A stretch of 64,000 nucleotides of DNA, from NCBI GenBank assembly GCA_951406725.2, contig OX597823.1, positions 82,770,001 through 82,834,000 on the forward strand, given 5' to 3'. Shown piece after piece: positions 13,780 through 29,449 of the stretch; position 1 is the first letter of the stretch; every line of letters starts with the position of its first letter. Source of the stretch: Octopus vulgaris. Taxonomy: Eukaryota. A program made the position numbers and the translations under genes. The notes below the pieces were generated by a model, which ran no database searches, was not told the DNA's origin, and saw nothing but the letters and a program-made list of their open reading frames with translations.

Positions 13780-13811
13780 CCTATCCATTCTTGTTGCTTC
13801 ATTCTCGCTCG

Positions 13812-14395
<584 letters not shown>

Positions 14396-14929
14396 CCAAT
14401 GAATGTATGTATAGATATATATATATAGAGAGAGAAAATGGGGATACACAGACAGACAGACAGACAGAGAGCAAGTATATGTATATACCGTAGGTAGGAT
14501 GATGCAACCAGGAGAAGTAGAACTCAAGATATGCGCATATGTCTATTTTATAATAATATTTAGCAGAAGTAATAGAGTGACTTAAGGGCCGAGAGGTTCG
14601 TGCGTTGGTACTTATTGTATTTATTATTGCATTTATATTTGTGTAACTTTGTCCGTTTTTTCCGCCCTTGATTTTGTATACATTCGCTGCTTTCTTCAAA
14701 GGAATCTAATACGCTTAGCTTAGTTCTTCATTGGGACTGGCCAGCAATTGGGACTGGAGCAATCTCAAGAATAATCAGCCGAAATTGCGAGGATAACCTG
14801 GTGCTTGACTGAGGATAGTGGGCTTCGAATGATCCGTCCTTGTTTTATTGTATCGTCTATCTGGATATTTTGTTGTCCCTTTTTGTATCACCTAGTTATC
14901 CGGATGTTTTGCGTTCTTGTCCCATTTTG

Positions 14930-14974
<45 letters not shown>

Positions 14975-15007
14975 TAGCGGCGTACGTACACTTTGCTCTC
15001 TCTCTCC

Positions 15008-15054
<47 letters not shown>

Positions 15055-15086
15055 ATGTGTGTGTATGTGTGTGTATGTATGTATGT

Positions 15087-15153
<67 letters not shown>

Positions 15154-15311
15154 TTCAAGCTTGAGTATACCCATCCTACTTCTGGGAAGGCCATAGTTGA
15201 AATGAAGATTCAATATACAATTAAACAGAGATTTGTATAATTGCGTATGTGTGCATGCACACACACACATAAATACACACACACACACACATTTACAGAG
15301 AGGAAAAGAGT

Positions 15312-15358
<47 letters not shown>

Positions 15359-15759
15359 GTGCTTAATGCTTCCACCCATCAAAGTACTTCCCAGCAGCCC
15401 TACTTTCTCTCCCCCAGGGAGTGATTAAACCTGTAATAGAAGCACTTTGTTTAACTCTTCCCAGCGAGGTTACAATTGTCTCTTTATTAAAAAGAAGGTA
15501 ATACAATGCATTTGAAATCATCTAAATCGCCTGTTGTTTTGTACGCTAAGAGTAATACCCACGCGCGTGCGTAGGCTCCCCACACGCAAGCACCCATACA
15601 CGATTATGTGAGTGTGTGTATACAGGTGAGATTATTTTTTTACTGTATGCACGAGAAATGAATCACATAAAATATTGTACATGCTAAGTTTTGCGTTTAA
15701 AAGGTTTTGTGGTGTGATAGATATTGAGATCTGGAAAGATGCGAGGAAACACAAAAACA

Positions 15760-17250
<1,491 letters not shown>

Positions 17251-18892
17251 ACATATCTCTGTATCTACCTAGCTAGATCTCTGTTTGTCTTTATGTACGT
17301 CTGACTGTTTATCTATCTGTCTGTCTGTCAGCCTGTCCATCTATCAATTTGTCTTAAATATTCTTTTTTCTATATCCCCTATCCCTATGCATTTTCTCTC
17401 GTTGGTAGGTGATGTGGTTAGTACCATATTTTATTTACTAAGTAATGTGACCATTTCAATGGAACCGTTGTCGCTGAATTTGAAAAAAAAAGTATCATAT
17501 TTTTTTCTTCCTCTTTCCTCCCTGATGGTGTATACATCTCTCGCATCTGTTGCTGCTGCGGTTAGGCTATATAACAGTTTAGTGCGGTGTATTGTATTGC
17601 TTGTTGCTTGAGCAATGCGGGCAATAGGATAATAATATAACGAAAGCCTCTCTCTTTCTTTCTACCTTTTTTTCTCTCACCGCCCCCTCTCTCTCTTTTT
17701 CTCTTTCTCGCTCTCTCTGTCTCTGCCTGTCTTTCTCCGAACATTGTGTTGTGGGCATTGTGTTTGTGTTCTGATTGATCGTGTGAACGTGCGAACGGGC
17801 GTGCGTCCGTGCAGAATTTGTATAGGTTAGCGACAACAGATAATTATGTGAAACTCGGCTGCTGGAGCTAAGTGAGAAAGATTCTGCGATGGATGATGGA
17901 TGAAATATATATATATATATATATATATTTATTATATAAATAATGTATGTATTTTATTGTCTTATGTGTTTTGGTATATTTGTATGTATATTGTAATATA
18001 TATATATATATATTATATAAGATGAATGTATGTATGTAGGTATCCTTTGTGTGCTTAACAGGACATAAGACAGACAGACAATGCAGAAAAAATTTCATTA
18101 GTTAATTAGACATTTTCTTATCTACCTTTTTGTCTTCTAATTAACGAAACGAGAAAATATAATTTAATTTGTGTATGTATATATTATAACATATATTTTA
18201 TTTATATGACGGCGACAGTGATGGAGACGATGCTGCTGCTGCTGCTGCTGATGATGATGATGATGAGGGGGAGGAGGAGGAGGAGGAGGAGGAAGAGGAC
18301 GATGATAAAGATGACCACTTCTGTGATAATGACGCTTAAGCTGCAGATTAAGGTTGAAAAATAAAGACAATGGTAAGATGATGCCGCGGTGGACGATGAC
18401 AACGATGATGAAGATGATGACAACAGCGGCGATTATAAAGGACGACGATAAACACGTCGTTGATGATAATGACGGTGATGACGACAAAGACGACGACGGC
18501 GGCGGCGGCGGCACCGGCGATGATGACGATGAGGATGATTATGATGAAGAGGAAGGAGGAAGAGGAGGTAAGAGAGGATGAAGAGGCGGACGGTGATGAT
18601 TTGGATGGATAATGATGATGACGATGACAATAATGATACTGATGAGGAGGACAACGATAACGACGACTATGATGATGATGATGATGATGATGATGACGAT
18701 GATGAAATATCCGTGACGATGCGATGATGAACGAGATGATGTCTTTTGTGACTCTGCTCCTTTATCTCAGTCCATATCCAAATTTATAAACATTCGTTAA
18801 TTGCAGGTAGAAAAAGAAAGAACGATCAAGAAAAGTAGATCTAAAGCAACAGAGATCGTATAGTAAAGAGAGAGAGCGGGAGGGGGGGAGAG

Positions 18893-18940
<48 letters not shown>

Positions 18941-19135
18941 TAGAGAGAGAAAGAAAGAAAGATAAAGAAGGGTTTAGAAAGAGAAAAGAAAGAGAGAGAG
19001 AGAAAGAAAAAGAAAGGTTTAGAAAGAGAAAAGAAAAAAAGGGAGAGAGAGAGAGAGAAAGAGAAAGGTGTAGAAAGATAAAAGAAAGAGAGAGAGAGAG
19101 AAAGAAAGAAAGATAAAGAAAGGTTTAGAAAGATA

Positions 19136-19166
<31 letters not shown>

Positions 19167-19756
19167 AAGAAAAATAAAGGTTTAGAAAGAGAAAAGAAAA
19201 AAGGGAGAGAGAGAGAGAGAGAGAGAAAGAGAAAAAGAAAGGGTTTAGAAAGAGAAAAAAGGCGGTGAGCTGGCAGAATTGATAGGACACCGGAAAAAAA
19301 ATGCTTAGCAGCTTTTCGTCTGTATTACATTCTGAGTTCAAATTATACCGAGTTCGAATCTGCCTATCATCGTTTCGGTGTTGATGAAACCTGTACCCGT
19401 CGAGCAGTGGAGTTGATGTAAACGACTAACCCCCTCCCTCAAAAGTTCAACCCTTGAGCTTATTGTAGAAAGGTATATTTTAGCATGGAGCAAGTGAGGA
19501 GTAGACGAAGGCTCTGGAGAATGAATAATGATGAATACAACAGGAAATTGTGTGTAGGCAGTGTAGTGACTTATTTTAAACAGAGTTTGAGCAAGTTGTA
19601 ACAATGGTTTTAAATTTTGACACAAATCCAGCAAGTTCAAAGAAGAGCTAAGTCGATTACATCGACCCCATTGCTCCTAACTGGTACTTATTTATCGATC
19701 CCGAAAGAATAAAAGGTAAAGTCGAACCCGGCCGCATTCGATCTTGGAACGTAAAA

Positions 19757-20245
19757 ACGTTCCATGAACCGTGCATCTGCTCTCTCTCTCTCTCCGCATC
19801 CACCCCGCTGACGTCCGTCTCCCGTCTCCCCTCACCAACCACCCCTCCACCCTTCCCCTCCAACCCACCATTCTCCGAGCCTTTCAGCGACTCCAGTCCG
19901 ACTCCTCCACCTCGTACATCTTCCCCAACCAACCCTTACTGCCTTCAAACGAGCCCACACCCTGCGTGACCTCATGATTCACAGTTTCTTCCCTAACCTC
20001 ACCTCGCAACCTGGCTCGTTCCTCTGCTCAGTAAGGGTTGGGTTGGGGAAGATGTACGAGGTGGAGGAGTCGGACTGGAGTCGCCGGAAGGCTCGAAGAA
20101 TGGTGCGTTGGAGGGGCAGGGTGGAAAGGCGGTTGATGGGGTGGGAACGGGAGACGGGCAACAGCCGGGTGGGTGCGGAGAGAGAGAGAGCAGATGCACG
20201 GTCCGCGGAACGTGCTCTGGCAAGGGCTGTGTAGATGGTGGTGAC
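19757..20245. mobile_element. Penelope-like element ORF fragment plus inverted copy
   Basis: Plus strand reads ..HPSTLPLQPTILRAFQRLQSDSSTSYIFPNQPL..FKRAHTLRDLMIHS..PGSFLC, like the linker between RT and GIY-YIG in PLEs; 19757-19941 is inverted at 20029-20213. Confidence 0.75.
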
Positions 20246-21464
20246 TTAGAGAGTTGTAGTACACATACACTCCCACCCCTACCACAGACACACAGATATA
20301 CACGCAAGCGCACGCACAGATAAGGACACACACCATTGAAAGAAACACTAAATATCAGCCCTGTAGTGTGCATCTGTATTTATATCTCAGACATTGGAGA
20401 ATGATATCAACATTTGTCAGGAAGTGTAGCATCGCTTAGGCTACTAATCGTGACATCACATCAGATGATATATCTACTGAGGAAAATACACCATGACGTT
20501 CAGCCCACACTCCCCCACCAGGATGAGACCAAAATATCTTTTATGTCAACTATCTATGGACGACATTACACGTGTGATTACTAGCTTCTTCAAAGCTGTC
20601 AAGATTATAATTTCGTATGTGGCATGATGTTACTAAATCAATATACGCTGCTAAATTCTACAAAACTGTTATGAACTTTTGCAGAAGTCAGCTGTCCTCT
20701 AGATTTTCGCATTTCTTTGAAAATCAGTAAAAACAGGAAAGAACATTTATAGTTTACTGCTTCGACACCTACAACATCACCTCTTCTTAGTTTTTGTATT
20801 TCATGTCTAATCACAATCACTAGGGCTTTTCGTTGTGTTGCTGCATATATATACATATATATAGAAGTGGTGGTAATTTACTTATTGAATTTATTTATTG
20901 ATACGGTTGTACATAGGGTAAATGTGCTTGAAAGTTGTGGTTTTTTTGGTTTGTCTGTTCCCATACAACATTTATTTTAGTGATGTTAACACCGCCGGAT
21001 TGAATACTACTGCTCAGATGTCGAAACCATAATGATATCTGTGTGGCAGCTGATGATGGGGGTATGTTAGATTGTTGGTATGGCTGCGGAATGTATTGTA
21101 GCACATCCTTTTGCTATATATATATATGAAGTGACCATTTATATCGAAACTAATAGGCATTCTGCAAATCATTTGGGAAAAAGAACAGTGAAAATATTCA
21201 ACATGCACTGACAGGCGAGGCATGGCTGTGTCGTTGAGAATCTCGCTTTGCAACCACATAATTTCGGGTTCAGTGTCACCGTGGGCAAGTGCCTACCTAG
21301 CCTCGTGCCTACCAATGCTTTGTGAGTAAACTTAGTAGAGGGAAATGCATATATACGTGTGAGATATGCGTTTACTCCAGATTATTTAGGCGAAACGCTC
21401 TGGACATTGTAAAAAGAAAATCTTCGCACAATATCATGTTATGAAAAAGACGTTATTATAAAGG

Positions 21465-23520
21465 TTTCAAACCTTGGCACAAGGACAGCAATTTCAGGTG
21501 GTGAGGGATAAATCGACTACATCGACTGCCAGTGCTCAATTGCTACTTATTTAATCGACTTCGAAAGGATGAAAAGCAAAGTCGATCTCGAAAGAACTCG
21601 AACTCAGAACGTAGCGACGGGCGAAATGTTGTTAAGCATGTTGACCGGCGTGCTAACGATTCAGCCACTTTGTCACCCGAAGAAAGAAAAATAATAAAAG
21701 AAAAAGAAAATGCTCTTATAATCCTTTCTACTTGAAGAACAAGGACTCAAATTTTGGGGAAGGAATTAAGTCTATTACATCGGCCCCAGTGCCTAGTCGG
21801 TACTTATTTAATCGATCTCGAAAGGGTGAAAGGCAAGTCGACCTCGGCGGAATTTGAATGCAGAATATATTGGCAGACGAAATACCTATTTCTTTACTGC
21901 CCACAAGGGGCTAAACACAGAGAGGACAAACAAGGACAGACAAACGGATTAAGTCGATTACATCGACCCCAGTGCGTAACTGGTACTTAATTTATCGACA
22001 CAGTCGACCTCGGCGGAATTTGAACTCAGAACGTAGCGGCAGACGAAATACCGCTAAGCATTTCGCTCGGCGTGTTAACAATTCTGCCAGCTCGGCGCCT
22101 TCACAAATGCTATTATAATAATAAGCAATTAGAAAACTAAATTTCCTGAATACATATCAGTAACACTTTGATAACAACAAACTGGTTTCAGATTTTGGCA
22201 CAAGGCCAGCCATTTTAGGTGGGGGAGTAAACCCAGTGCACAACTGGTACTTACTTTATAGAACCCGGAAGTACGAACCACAAAGTATTTGAACTCAGAG
22301 CGCAAAGAAGGACGACATGGTGCTCAGCATTTTGTCCGGAGTGCCTGACTTAATAAAGAAATTTAAATTTCAGGCCATAAAGTTTCACTACCATTGTTCG
22401 CTGAAGAACCACTAAAGGTGTTGAATGACCTGAAATATAAAAAGAAATAGGTAGTACTGCTTTTAGATTCACATCATCTATCCAGTAGTTGCAGATATCT
22501 TAAATATTGAAGTGCTTCAATAATTCAAATAGAAATGTTAGATGTGGTAATATCAGGTGAGATTAGTCTCGTCTCCAGGTGTTTGTGTGAGCCAATAGTA
22601 TTATAAGCTGCTTGATGACATTTCGTAATGAGATATGACATACAATAATTTTAATACTGAGCAACATTACTGCTGAGTCTTCTAAACCTTGTTATTGTAA
22701 TTGTTAACTAATAGGCTTAGCAGACAAGTTATCTACAAAATCTTATTGAACGGCTATTAGTCAAGCTGTCAATCATCCAGTTATAACTATGTTATAACTC
22801 GTAACTATAATGCGTTACAGAGCTTAATTACGAGACAACAACAAGTTTTCGGACTAATTTCTCGTAATAATGGTTTCAAATTTTTGTATAAGGCTAACCA
22901 TTTTGATTGGTGGTACTAGTCACTACCTATTTCTTTACTATCCACAAGGGGCTAAACACAGAGGACAAACAAGGACAGACATACGGATTAAGTTGATTAC
23001 ATCGACCCCATTGTGTTACTGGCACTTATTTAATCGACCCCGAAAGGATGAAAGGCAAAGTCGACCTCGACGGAATTTGAACTCAGAACGTAACGGCAGA
23101 CGAAATACCGCTCAGCATTTCACCCAACGTGCTAACGGTTCTGCCAGCTCGCCGACCTAGTCACTACCACCGACCTCAGTACTTGACGGGTACTTTATTT
23201 TATCGACTCCGGAAAGATGGAAGATAAAGTTGACACAGTTGGAAATTGAACTCAGAACGTAAAGAGGAACAAACACTGCTAAGCATGTTGTCCAGCGCTC
23301 TAACAATTCTGCCAGCTCTCCTATAATAATTCTTTCTCGGCACGACGTCTGAAATTTCGGAGATGGGATTAGTCGAATATACTGACCGATCCCAGCGCTC
23401 GACTGATACTTATTTCATCAACCCCCGAAAAATGAAAGACAAATTCGACTAAGGCGGAGCTTGAACTCGGAACGTAAAGAACCGGAAGAAATATCGCTAA
23501 GCAATTTTACCGACAGTCGC
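21465..23520 (-). mobile_element. Cluster of SINE family A copies, some nested or tandem
   Basis: Multiple family A matches; the copy at 22928-23156 has a 12-bp TSD CTAGTCACTACC (22916-22927, 23157-23168). Confidence 0.85.
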
Positions 23521-23676
23521 TCAAAACAACACATTATCAAGTGCGATGTAGCGAAATTGAAACGGGGATGCTATGAGTACGATTAGAGCATCTTCCTACT
23601 ACGCCAAAATGTCTTATAAAAAACTACAATTAATCTTATCGCTTGTCTTTTTATCTTCTACTTATTTCAGTCATTG

Positions 23677-24065
23677 TGGAGGCGCAATGGCCCAGTGGTT
23701 AGGGCAGCGGACTCGCGGTCATAGGATCGCGGTTTCGATTCCCAGACCGGGCGTTGTGAGTGTTTATTGAGCGAAAACACCTAAAAAAAGAGCTCCACGA
23801 GCCTCCGGCAGGGGGTCGTGGTGATCCCTGCTGTACTCTTTCACCACAACTTTCTCTCACTCTTACTTCTTGTTTCTGTTGTACCTGTATTTCAAGAGGC
23901 CAGCCTTGTCACTCTCTGTGTCACGCTGAATATCCCCGAGAACTACGTTAAGGGTACACGTGTCTGTGGAGTGCTCAGCCACTTACACGTTAATTTCACA
24001 AGCAGGCTGTTCCGTTGATTCGGATCAACCGGAACCCTCATCGTCGTAACCGACGGAGTGCTTCC
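23677..24065 (+). mobile_element. Full-length SINE family C with 12-bp TSD, nested in the tail of a family B copy
   Basis: TSD ATTTCAGTCATT at 23664-23675 and 24066-24077; family B sequence continues to about 24295. Confidence 0.9.
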
Positions 24066-24317
24066 ATTTCAGTCATTAGATTGCGGCTGTGTTGGGATAC
24101 GAACACATACACAAACACATACACACACACACATACATATCGTGGACTTTTTTTAGTTTCTATCTACCACGTCTATTCGGAAGGCTTTGGTCGAGCTGTA
24201 ATAGAAGATACTTGCCTAGGATGCCAGGCAGTAGGACTGAACACAAAACCATGTGATTAGGAAGTAAGCCTATTCATCCGCACAGCTACGCCTGCACCTA
24301 CCATCAAAACGCTTATA

Positions 24318-24670
24318 TTTATCCTCCGCCTTGGGTATTGTTTTCAGTCGTATTTGTTTTTCCGTGGACTAGATATCTCAAGACCCGCTGGATGGATTGG
24401 AATGAAACTTTCAGGAATGTTTGGCCTCGTGACTGGTACGAACTGATTAGATTTTGAGATCCATCCGTTATCGGACAAGGATTCTGTATTATTTTTTCAG
24501 ATTTTTTTACTTAATTTTTGAGAGTGGTTGGGTTCATTTTTAGTATTCTCGTTTGTGAGAGCAGTCGGATTTATTTCAGATATTCTCATTTTAAAAATCA
24601 TCTCTGGCTAATCGTTGAGAGGACGTTGACGCTGCCTTGGCAGAGGTTTGCGCTCTCTGGGTGCTCTTGT
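24318..24670 (+). mobile_element. Non-autonomous Helentron/HINE-like element
   Basis: Sub-terminal inverted CCTCCGCC / GGCAGAGG, GATATCTCAAGA..GGATTGGAATGAAACTTT core, 3' short hairpin GCGCTCTCTGGGTGC. Confidence 0.6.
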
Positions 24671-25106
24671 TATTTCTATATTCATTCATTCATATTAATT
24701 TCTTTACTTTTTAGACCAAGAGCCGCCTTTTTTAAAAAGTATAGATACAAAATAGTCACTACGATGGCTTACATTCGAAAAGAAAGCGTAGGTTTCGTAA
24801 ATGTTCAATAAAAGCTGAATTCAACATAGGAGTGCAAAATGTAATTAATTGTTTTTATTAAGTACTTAAGTCTAAATCCAAATCTATAGCATTTAATTAA
24901 GTATCTTCAAGTAATTTTCATATATAGTTTTCAATTTAGTTTTACACGATTGTTCTTTAGAATCTTAGAACAATTTTAATTAGATGTTTGTTCAATTAGC
25001 TGATAATATTTTCCAGTGCTCTACCTTATTAATTACCATACATAAATGAACTTATTAGAGGAGTGTTGTCTACAGACAACTTTGTTAAAATGTATATCGT
25101 CTCATG

Positions 25107-26036
25107 TGGCGATATGGCGGAAACGTTAGCACGCCGGGGGAAATGCTTAGCGGTATATCGTCTGCCACTACATTCCGAGTACAAATTCCGCCGACTTAAT
25201 CCGTTTGTCTGTCCTTGTTTGTCCCCTCTGTGTCTAGCCTCTTGTGGGCAGTAAAGAAATAAGAAACGTTAGCATGCTGAGCAAAGTGCTTAGCGGTATT
25301 TCGTCTGCCATTACGTTCTGAGTTCAAATGCTGCCGAGGTCGACTTTGCCTTTCATCCTTTCGGGGTCGATTAAATAAGTAGCACTGGGGTCGATATAAT
25401 CGACTTAATCCGTTTGTCTGTCCTTGTTTGTCCCTTCTGTGTTTAGCCCCTTGTGAGTGGTAAAGAAATTGGTATTTCATCTGCCGCTACGTTCTGAGTT
25501 CAAATTCTGCCGAGGTGAGGTCGATTTTGCCTTTCATCCTTTCGGGGTCGATTAAATAAATAGCAGTTACGCACTGGGGTCGATATAATCAACTTAATCC
25601 GTTTGTCTGTCCTTGTTTGTTCTCTCTGTATTTAGCCCCTTGTGGGTAGTAAAGAAATAGGTATTTCGTCTGCCGCTACGTTCTGAGTTCAAATTCCGCC
25701 GAGGTCGACTTTGCCTTTCATCCTTTCGGGGTCGATTAAATAAGTACCAGTTACGCACTGGAGTCGATATTATCGACTTAATTCGTTTGTCTGTCCTTGT
25801 TTGTCCTCTCTGTGTGTAGCCCCTTGTGGACAGTAAAGAAATAAGAAATGTTAGCACGCGGGGCAAAGTGCTTAGCGGTATTTCATCTGTTTTCCTGTGT
25901 TCAAATTCCGCCGAAGTTGACTTTGTCTTTCATCCTTTCGGGGTCGATAAAAGAAGTACAGGTTAAACACTGAGGTGAATGTAATCTACTTACCCCCTCC
26001 CCCGAACTTGCTGGCTTTGTGCCAAAATTTGAAACC
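25107..26036 (+). mobile_element. Head-to-tail multimer of SINE family A (about 5 units)
   Basis: About 190-bp units joined at AAAGAAATA|GGTATTTC or AAAGAAATA|AGAAACGTTAGC. Confidence 0.9.
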
Positions 26037-28565
26037 GATATTCCTTTCTTCTAGAATAGATGTAATTTAACGAAAAATACTCACGCTTTTGTCATATGTT
26101 TCACCTTTCCTTAACTACAATTTATAAGTTAGCAAATACCCTATCGACAAACTATATCTTTCCTTAATCCTTATGTGAAATTGGAATAGATGTAGACTTT
26201 TATGTTAAAATATATATAATAAATTAAGACTATGAAACTGGAATACATTTCGACTGTTATACTTGGTATACTAAAATATTCTGGGATGTTTGTCGGATAA
26301 TTTCACTTGTTTTAAAATGGTCCTCACTGCAGAATCCAAATGATTTACGTATAAGAGATTTGTTGTAAGTATAGTAATAAAAATGTTTAAAATCTGGGCT
26401 CAAAAAATCTGGAGGCCCTCTGTAGTTTGCAATTTTATGATCTTGCTCTTGGCTGCACTGGTCGCTATCTTCTTGGAAATATGTTAGGTTCGAGGTAGAA
26501 CCATAACCCTCTCACAAAGTATCCTGACCGCCAAAATATAGCTTTCCGCACATAGATAGCTTTAAGATACTAATATACTGGAGTTGGTTTCCTCTCTTAT
26601 CGCTCATTGCGTGCAGATGATGGTGCCTATGAAATATTGCTTAACTTCTCTGTTGTCCAGAATCAGGAGTCTTTGACCAGGGATTAGGAACGCAGGGATA
26701 TCAGCATCACTAGTGAGCTGAGTGAGTGTCAAGGACTCATATTTATGGCGCTCTTTTCTGTCTACAATATATAACCCACTGACAGCAAACACAGGACGGA
26801 TGAAATACTTCCTTACCGTAAAACTGTGCAGACTGTTACATTAGGGGGCAAGAAAAAGTTCTATATGCCGAAATACTGCAATAGACCAACATTCAATTAA
26901 TATATATTCAGTTGTAAAAAGAACAAAATGCAAAAAGAAATTCGAACCAGTCATGCAGCTCAAATTAAATGCGCATAGCGAAGAAACTTCATTTTACCGA
27001 GTTTGAAACAACGAAGCGGTCAGTGGCCTATAAAATGTTGCAAGGTTAGTCTGAAAGTAAGACAGAAACCTATGAATATTGGTACAACATTCTGGGGGCA
27101 GCTTGTTCAGTACTACAAACTGTTATATGACACCCTCATCAACAAACGGGAAAATATCCTTATATGAGACAATTTCAGACTGTAGAAACGAAACATGATC
27201 TCTTCAAGCGAGCTGGCGCCTCAAATGAAGCTACAGATCACGTGTTCTAACATGTAGCCGTTATTTTTATGGCAAAATCAGCCTCATCAAATTTCTACTT
27301 GCAAAGTAATTTACAATATTCTCTTACTTTCAGACGGCGTTCGTTTCTTTAAATCATGGTTGAGATTTCCATCCAGCTAAATCCTCTCAGGTCCACGTAA
27401 TCTAGTTTTAAATAGATTACAAAGCTAAAGGTGAGTTCACTACTCGAACAGAGAAATATTGTGTAATAAACAAGTGCTCCTTTAGACATAAACTACCATG
27501 GGAACCCCACAAAAGGTAATGAAAACGTATTCCTCAGTGTAATTTCTTTAAAATCCAGAAGATATTTCAAGTAAAGTGCTACTGTGAGTTGTTTATGGTT
27601 TGACATTAGCGCTTTGCTCTCTTTTATTAAGACATCTACAGAGATCGATTCAATTACAAGACAAAGGTTTAGATGACCTGCAGCTCTTCTCTATGTTCAA
27701 GGATTCCATTCATTTATTTATATAGCAACAAATCAACGTCTTTACACTTTTGCAATTTGTGCAGCAGAAATCAAATAGAAAATATTCGACTGTAACTCTC
27801 TTACGATATCACACCCCATATAGAGAATATTTTTTTCTTATCTTTTCAGTAGAATTTCAATACACTGCAAATCAAAGCAGCAGATACCTGCAATTTAATT
27901 CGATCTGTATTAGAATGCAATGAAAGAATTGTTACGCAACATTCAATTGAAAAAGATATTTATATATTATATATGTATATTTTTTCGTGCGCTAATACTT
28001 CTAACAGAGCATTTCAAAGTTATCCCGACTGTATTGATGCTTCGTTTTAAAATTTCTTTTATTACCTACCAGTTCTACATAGATTACATATTCCGGTGCT
28101 CATGGAAATTATTCACCAACAGAATTACATTCAGGAACGCAATACATCCGGAAACTAATCATGTTTTCTTTTTCTATATACTTGTTTTTTTTTTCCTCTC
28201 AGAAATTCAAAGATGTAGATTAGAAAAATATAGCCGCAGGAATACATAGCAAATGTTTGAGGGGGGAAAACATACATGTGTACGTGTTTGTGCGTATGCG
28301 CGCGCGCGTGTATATATATATATATATATATAGATAAATAGATAGTTAGACAAATAATTATATATATATATTAAAACTTTCTATCCATAAACTCATAATT
28401 CTTGGTTCAGTTCCAGTGCTTTGCACTTGGGAGAACGTGTGTTCCTACCATTGCCTCGTGAGTTTGATGAATAAAAAATGCGGAAGCCCTTCTAAATTAA
28501 ATACATGTGGATGTATATATACATATAAGCACGCATGTATGCATGCATGTACGTATGTACGCATA

Positions 28566-29449
28566 GGAGGGAGTACCCAAAAGCAACAGGAAATGTTCTC
28601 TATGGGACAAACGTGTTCTAGTTGGAGCTTACGCCGATAGAAGCCACTTGATGCGACCCTCAGGCATCAGTCTGCCGATCGGCACCGTTCGGTTGGGTCG
28701 TACTGCCACCTGGTGTGTCATTGTTTTGCAGTGCTTCTCCCCTGATCGTCAAATTTTGCGATGGCTGGAACGAAGGAACAGCGTGCTTCTGTGAAATTCT
28801 GTTTTCTGCTGGGGAAATCGGCAGCCGAAGCAGTTATGCTTCAAACAGCTTACAAAGACGCTGTCATGAGCAAAACACAAATTTACGAGTGGTATCCACG
28901 CTTTAGGAATGCTCACTTGTTGCTTCGAGACCAACCTTGTTCAGGACGACCATCGACCTCCCGAACGAATGAAAACAACATGAAAATTCATGAACTGAAC
29001 TTGGAGAACCGTCAGCGAACAATAGTCGAAAATGTTGATGTCTGGTGTGTCTTGAAGCTCCTACCAGCGAATTTTGAACGAGGAATTACGAATGAAAAGA
29101 GTTGCAGCAAAATTTGTGCCTCGCATACTCACGGAAGATCAAAATTAGTCACTACAGAATGCTGTGTGTCGGGAATTGAAAGAACAGTTGTAAGTTGATC
29201 CGGACCTTTTTTCGAAAGTGATCATTGTTGATGAAAGCTGGTGCTACGGCATTTGCAGATATGGAAGAAGTGAAGAAAAAAAAAAAAAACGACGGAGGCG
29301 TTAAAAGGCATCACTTTGCAAGAATTCCATCTCTGCTTCGAAGAGTGGATAACATGAGAATACTTTGGAGGCGATAAAAGTGTAAGCATGAAAAACAAAG
29401 TGATTAAATAAATATTGCAAAATTCCGGTTTCTTTTGGGTATCCACTCG
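28566..29449 (+). mobile_element. Internally deleted mariner transposon
   Basis: Imperfect TIRs (GGAGGGAGTACCCAAAAGCAACAGGAAAT / ATTCCGGTTTCTTTTGGGTATCCACTCG) with TA flanks; ORF 28761-29198 begins MAGTKEQRASVKFCFLLGKSAAE..IYEWYPRFR..SGRPSTS (mariner HTH), then frameshifts. Confidence 0.85.

Larger units (their letters stand above)
12527..13809. repeat. Near-perfect inverted repeat: arms 12527-13100 and 13238-13809, 137-bp spacer
   Basis: Arms are reverse complements with only about six differences seen by eye, mostly homopolymer indels. Confidence 0.95.

Noticed and set aside
14805-14842. CTGAGGA...CGAA hammerhead-like text in a TA-flanked element
   Set aside because: No GAAA and no convincing stem II or III; cannot be supported from this copy
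22380-22740. Possible decayed zinc-knuckle region of an RLE LINE
   Set aside because: Too many stops and frameshifts to recover the motif reliably by eye
25107-26036. Regularly spaced repeats resembling a CRISPR array
   Set aside because: Units are ~190-bp SINE bodies with no unique spacers; eukaryotic context and no cas genes
26200-27900. Long non-repetitive stretch that might be an old LINE or exons
   Set aside because: No ORF or motif that I could recognise on either strand
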